Below, in pieces: positions 60,106 through 64,000 of a DNA stretch of 64,000 nucleotides. A program made the position numbers and the translations under genes. The DNA is from an uncultured Clostridiaceae bacterium (GTDB lineage Bacteria; Bacillota; Clostridia; TANB77; CAG-508). Numbering within the stretch: position 1 is the stretch's first letter; the number at the start of each line of letters is the position of its first letter. The stretch is from positions 25,825-89,824 of the forward strand of contig CATLFA010000002.1 in assembly GCA_949927585.1 (NCBI GenBank). Direction: 5' to 3'. The notes below the pieces were generated by a model that did no database searches, was not told where the DNA came from, and worked only from the letters and a program-made list of their open reading frames with translations.

Positions 60106-61125
60106 TTGAAAAATATTAAAGATTATAATATAGATGAACTTAAAGAAGAACTTATAAGCTTAGGGGAAAAGCCATTTAGAGCAGAGCAAATTTTTAAATG
60201 GTTATATGTAGATAAAGTAAAAGACTTTGATGAAATGACTAACTTATCTTTAAGTTTAAGAGAAAAACTAAAAGATAATTACACTATGTGCAATTACAAT
60301 ATATTAAAAAAGCAAGAATCATCAGATGGTACAAAAAAATACTTATTTGACGTATTAGATGGAAATGCAATAGAAACAGTATTAATGCAATACCACCATG
60401 GAAAAACAATTTGTGTTTCATGCCAGATAGGTTGTAAAATGGGTTGTAAATTCTGTGCATCAACAGGAATAAAATTTGTAAGAAGTTTAACAGCTGGAGA
60501 AATAGTAGAACAAATTTTAGCGGTAGAACAGGATATAGGAGATAAAATCTCTAATATAGTATTTATGGGAATTGGAGAGCCATTAGATAATTACGATAAT
60601 GTTATAAAAGCAATAAGAATAATAAATAATCCAAAAGGTTTAAACATAGGAGCACGTCATATAAGTGTATCTACGAGTGGATTAGTTCCAAAAATATACG
60701 ACTTAGCTAAAGAAAATATACAATGTACATTATCAATTTCATTACATGCAACAAATGATGAAAAAAGAAGTAGCATGATGCCAGTAAATAATAGGTATAA
60801 AATAGAAGAACTAATTAAGGCATGTAAAGATTATATAAAAATAACAAACAGAAGAATATCATTTGAATATGCACTAGCAAAAGATAATAACGACAACTTA
60901 GAAGATGCAAAAGAACTAGTAAAACTGTTAAAAGGAATGCTATGCCATGTAAACTTAATACCAATAAATAAAATAGAAAACGGAAAATTTACAAAAAGTT
61001 CAAATGAAAACATAATGAAATTTAGAGACTACCTAAATGACCACGGAATAGTAGCAACAATAAGAAGAGAGTTAGGCTCAGACATAGATGCAGCCTGTGG
61101 GCAACTACGTAGAAAGAATTTATAG
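60106..61125 (+). CDS. rlmN: 23S rRNA (adenine2503-C2)/tRNA methyltransferase RlmN (radical SAM)
   Basis: 'CVSCQIGCKMGCKFCAST' radical-SAM cluster motif and C-terminal 'DIDAACGQL'. Confidence 0.9.
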   Translation: MKNIKDYNIDELKEELISLGEKPFRAEQIFKWLYVDKVKDFDEMTNLSLSLREKLKDNYTMCNYNILKKQESSDGTKKYLFDVLDGNAIETVLMQYHHGKTICVSCQIGCKMGCKFCASTGIKFVRSLTAGEIVEQILAVEQDIGDKISNIVFMGIGEPLDNYDNVIKAIRIINNPKGLNIGARHISVSTSGLVPKIYDLAKENIQCTLSISLHATNDEKRSSMMPVNNRYKIEELIKACKDYIKITNRRISFEYALAKDNNDNLEDAKELVKLLKGMLCHVNLIPINKIENGKFTKSSNENIMKFRDYLNDHGIVATIRRELGSDIDAACGQLRRKNL

Positions 61126-61135
61126 GGAGGAACGA

Positions 61136-61861
61136 ATGGAAGCTTTTGCAAAAACTGATGTAGGAAAAGCAAGAGATATGAACCAAGATTACTACTATAT
61201 AACAACCGAAGATGAAGAATTAAAACTATATATATTAGCAGATGGAATGGGTGGTTATAAAGGTGGAGAAGTTGCAAGTAGGCTTGCAACAATTTCAACC
61301 AAAAACTATATAGAAAGTAATTTTGATAACATCATAAAAGAAAAAGAAGAAATACAAAAATTAATAAAAAATGCTATGGAATATGCAAACATGGTAGTAT
61401 ATGAAAAATCTAAAGAAGATGAAGAATTAGATGGAATGGGTACTACTTTAGAAGTATGTTTAATATATAATAATAAGGTATATATAGGACATGTGGGAGA
61501 CAGTAGAATATATAGAATACGAAATGATATAATCAGAAAGATAACTAATGACCATAGTTATGTAGAAAAACTAGTAAAAGATGGAACTATAACAAAAGAA
61601 GAAGCGATTAATCATCCAAAGAAAAACATGCTAACTAAAGCTTTAGGCTGTACAGTATTTGTTGAGCCAGATGTTACTGTAAAAGGTTTTATAAAAGATG
61701 ATATAATTCTTATATGTTCAGATGGGCTAACAAACATGATAAAAGAAGAAGAAATATATAATATAATAAAGCAAGATTATAAAATAGCAACACAAAGGTT
61801 AATAGAGAAGGCAAATGAAAATGGGGGATATGACAATATCACAGCAATTATAATTAAGTAA
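61136..61861 (+). CDS. stp: PP2C-family Ser/Thr protein phosphatase (Stp/PrpC)
   Basis: 'DVGKARDMNQD', 'LADGMGGYKGGEVAS', 'SDG' metal-binding motifs; RBS 'tagggagg'; precedes prkC. Confidence 0.85.
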   Translation: MEAFAKTDVGKARDMNQDYYYITTEDEELKLYILADGMGGYKGGEVASRLATISTKNYIESNFDNIIKEKEEIQKLIKNAMEYANMVVYEKSKEDEELDGMGTTLEVCLIYNNKVYIGHVGDSRIYRIRNDIIRKITNDHSYVEKLVKDGTITKEEAINHPKKNMLTKALGCTVFVEPDVTVKGFIKDDIILICSDGLTNMIKEEEIYNIIKQDYKIATQRLIEKANENGGYDNITAIIIK

Positions 61862-61895
61862 GATTAAATTCCAAAATACCAAAGGAGAGAATAAA

Positions 61896-63842
61896 ATGGA
61901 TTTAGTAGGTAAATTTATAGGAAACAGATATGAAATTATAGAGAAAATAGGAAACGGTGGAATGGCAACAGTATATAAAGCAAAATGCCATGTATTAAAC
62001 CGTTATGTAGCTGTAAAAGTATTAAAAGATGAATATACAACAGATGCAGAATTTATTAGAAGATTTAATGCAGAAGCACAATCAGCAGCAGGTCTAACAC
62101 ATGCAAATATAGTATCAGTATATGATGTAGGACATGAAGACAATATTTATTATATAGTTATGGAACTAATTCAAGGAAAAACTTTAAAACAAATAATAAA
62201 TCAAGATGGAAGCCTTCCTTGGAAGTGGAGTGTAAATATTGCAATACAAATAGCCTCAGCATTAGAGGCTGCTCATAGAAACAATATTGTACATAGAGAT
62301 ATAAAGCCACATAATATAATAATAACAGAAGATGGTATAGCAAAAGTTACAGACTTTGGTATAGCAAAAGCAGTATCAAATTCTACAATAACAGCTTTTG
62401 GCACAACAATAGGTTCTGTACATTATTTCTCGCCAGAACATGCAAAAGGAGGATTTACAGATGCTAAGTCTGACTTATACTCTTTAGGAGTAGTTATGTA
62501 TGAAATGCTTACAGGTAGAGTACCATTTGATGCAGATACACCAGTTTCAGTAGCACTAAAACATATGCAAGAAAAGCCAGTAGAGCCAATAAAATTAAAC
62601 CCATCTATACCATTTGCAGTTAACCAAATTATAATAAAAGCAATGGAAAAAGAGCCAAGTTTACGTTATCAAAACGCGACAGAAATGATAAAAGACTTAG
62701 GAATGGCACTTAAAAATCCAGAAGGAAAGTTTGTAGAAGAAATAGACGATACAATGCGTACACGAGTGATAAATATGCCAGAAGAAAAGGAAACAACTAG
62801 AAAAAATAAAAAGAAGAAAAATAAACTAGCAAGATATTTCGAGGAGCACCCAAAAGCCAAAATACCAGTAATAATATTATCATGTATAGTATTATTTATA
62901 TTAACAATATTTATAACAAAAGGTTTAATGGATATGGGAACAGTAAGAGATGTTCCAATTCCTGAACTTGTAGGGAAAACAGAAGAAGAAATAAAAGATT
63001 TATTTAAAAATACCAAATTTACTTATGAAATAATAGGAGAAGAATATGATAGTGAAATAGAAGAAGGAAAAGTTATTTCACAAGAACCAAAATATAGAAA
63101 AAACTATACAATTAAAGAAAATTCAAAATTCCAAATTGTAATAAGTAAAGGTACAAAAATAGTAGAAATGATAAAAGTAGAAGGCGAAAAAATAGAAGAC
63201 GCAAGAAGAATGATAGAAGAACTAGATGCCAACTTAGAAATAGAAATAATAGAAGAAGAAAGTACAAAGGTTGAAGAAGGAATAGTATTAAAACAAAGTA
63301 TTCAAAAAGGAGAGCAAGTACAAGCAGGAATAAAAATAACACTTACAGTAAGTAAAGCAAAAGAGCAAGTTTCAGTACCATATGTAATAGGAAAAACAGA
63401 AGACCAAGCCAAAAAAGAACTAACAGACTCAAAATTAAAAGTAGAAGTAGTATATGAAGAAGACACAAGCAAAGATGCTGGAAAAGTATTAAAACAAAGC
63501 ATAGACGTAGGAAAAACAGTTGACGTAGACACAGTAGTTACAATAACAGTAAATAAAATAGCAGAAATGAAACAAGGAACAGTAACAGTAAATGTAAAAT
63601 CACTTTTAAATTATACTCCAGAAACAGATGAAGATGGAAACGAAATAATAGAAAATGCACAAATAAAAATAGTTGCAGGAAATGATACAATATATAATGA
63701 GAAGAAACCAAAAACAACGACAAACATAACTGCAAAATTCAGTAGCAAAGGAACTATTGAAGTAAAAGTTTATATAGATGATGTACTAAGAGGAACAAAA
63801 CAAATAAACATGAATTCAGACACAACATGTACATTTGAATAA
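61896..63842 (+). CDS. prkC: Ser/Thr protein kinase with extracellular PASTA repeats (PrkC-like)
   Basis: Hanks kinase motifs ('GNGGMATVYKA', 'HRDIKPHNIII', 'DFGIAK', 'SPE'), TM segment, three PASTA-like repeats. Confidence 0.9.
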   Translation: MDLVGKFIGNRYEIIEKIGNGGMATVYKAKCHVLNRYVAVKVLKDEYTTDAEFIRRFNAEAQSAAGLTHANIVSVYDVGHEDNIYYIVMELIQGKTLKQIINQDGSLPWKWSVNIAIQIASALEAAHRNNIVHRDIKPHNIIITEDGIAKVTDFGIAKAVSNSTITAFGTTIGSVHYFSPEHAKGGFTDAKSDLYSLGVVMYEMLTGRVPFDADTPVSVALKHMQEKPVEPIKLNPSIPFAVNQIIIKAMEKEPSLRYQNATEMIKDLGMALKNPEGKFVEEIDDTMRTRVINMPEEKETTRKNKKKKNKLARYFEEHPKAKIPVIILSCIVLFILTIFITKGLMDMGTVRDVPIPELVGKTEEEIKDLFKNTKFTYEIIGEEYDSEIEEGKVISQEPKYRKNYTIKENSKFQIVISKGTKIVEMIKVEGEKIEDARRMIEELDANLEIEIIEEESTKVEEGIVLKQSIQKGEQVQAGIKITLTVSKAKEQVSVPYVIGKTEDQAKKELTDSKLKVEVVYEEDTSKDAGKVLKQSIDVGKTVDVDTVVTITVNKIAEMKQGTVTVNVKSLLNYTPETDEDGNEIIENAQIKIVAGNDTIYNEKKPKTTTNITAKFSSKGTIEVKVYIDDVLRGTKQINMNSDTTCTFE

Positions 63843-63910
63843 AATCATAAAAGCAATTTATAGAATAAGAGATTAATCGGTAAGTAATACTAAAATTATA
63901 CACTAAATAA

Positions 63911-63975
63911 ATAAAATAATAATAAACTGAGATAGAAAAGAAATTACCTTTTCTAGCTCAGTTTATTATTATTTT
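63911..63975 (+). terminator. Rho-independent terminator after prkC
   Basis: 'aaactgagatagaaaag-aaattacc-ttttctagctcagttt' plus T-run. Confidence 0.75.
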
Positions 63976-64000
63976 TTTACTAATTTTTCAATTTTGGTAA

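Overview
This 64-kb window is AT-rich (about 28-30% GC) and reads as core chromosome from a spore-forming Clostridia-class Firmicute, judged from gene content and synteny. It is densely packed with housekeeping genes on both strands: pilC (5'-truncated at the window edge), dnaG-sigA, SPFH/nfeD, mtaB, serS with a T-box leader, tdk, engB, glmS, uvrC, gatCAB, hpf, two alpha/beta SASPs, ctsR-mcsA-mcsB-clpC, rlmN-stp-prkC, pdp, perR plus reverse rubrerythrin, and yaaL-bofA. No rRNA, tRNA, CRISPR, IS element or prophage is visible.

The unusual content is threefold:
- **A short dispersed element built from TTGGGAC-like words.** There are at least four copies: one inserted in frame in the mtaB linker, one in the serS leader, one directly upstream of clpC, and one upstream of perR.
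- **A second, modular family of GC-richer palindromic repeats.** These have heptad AGTTGGA/TCCAACT arms, GTAAATnCTTCnAAGAATTTAC cores, and AATAGTGAATAATGAATA, GGCCTTGTGTnTGCCCGC and ACAAACCTnAGGTTTGATGTAGGGG modules. They expand about ten intergenic regions, including ones inside the gatCAB and ctsR operons.
- **Four conserved genes (nfeD, rnhB, glmS, ctsR) each broken by a single extra nucleotide.** In every case, deleting one C in front of GG restores the conserved motif. This is either a systematic consensus error or real pseudogenisation.

Smaller observations:
- A decayed J-domain pseudogene and an orphan permease 3' fragment.
- A shortened AlaRS paralogue.
- An ORF6N protein with an HKD-like C-terminus.
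- A DUF4358-MBOAT-DHHW O-acyltransferase module.
- Tandem sortases.
- A Gly-rich surface protein.
- Several unannotated small ORFs with strong ribosome-binding sites.
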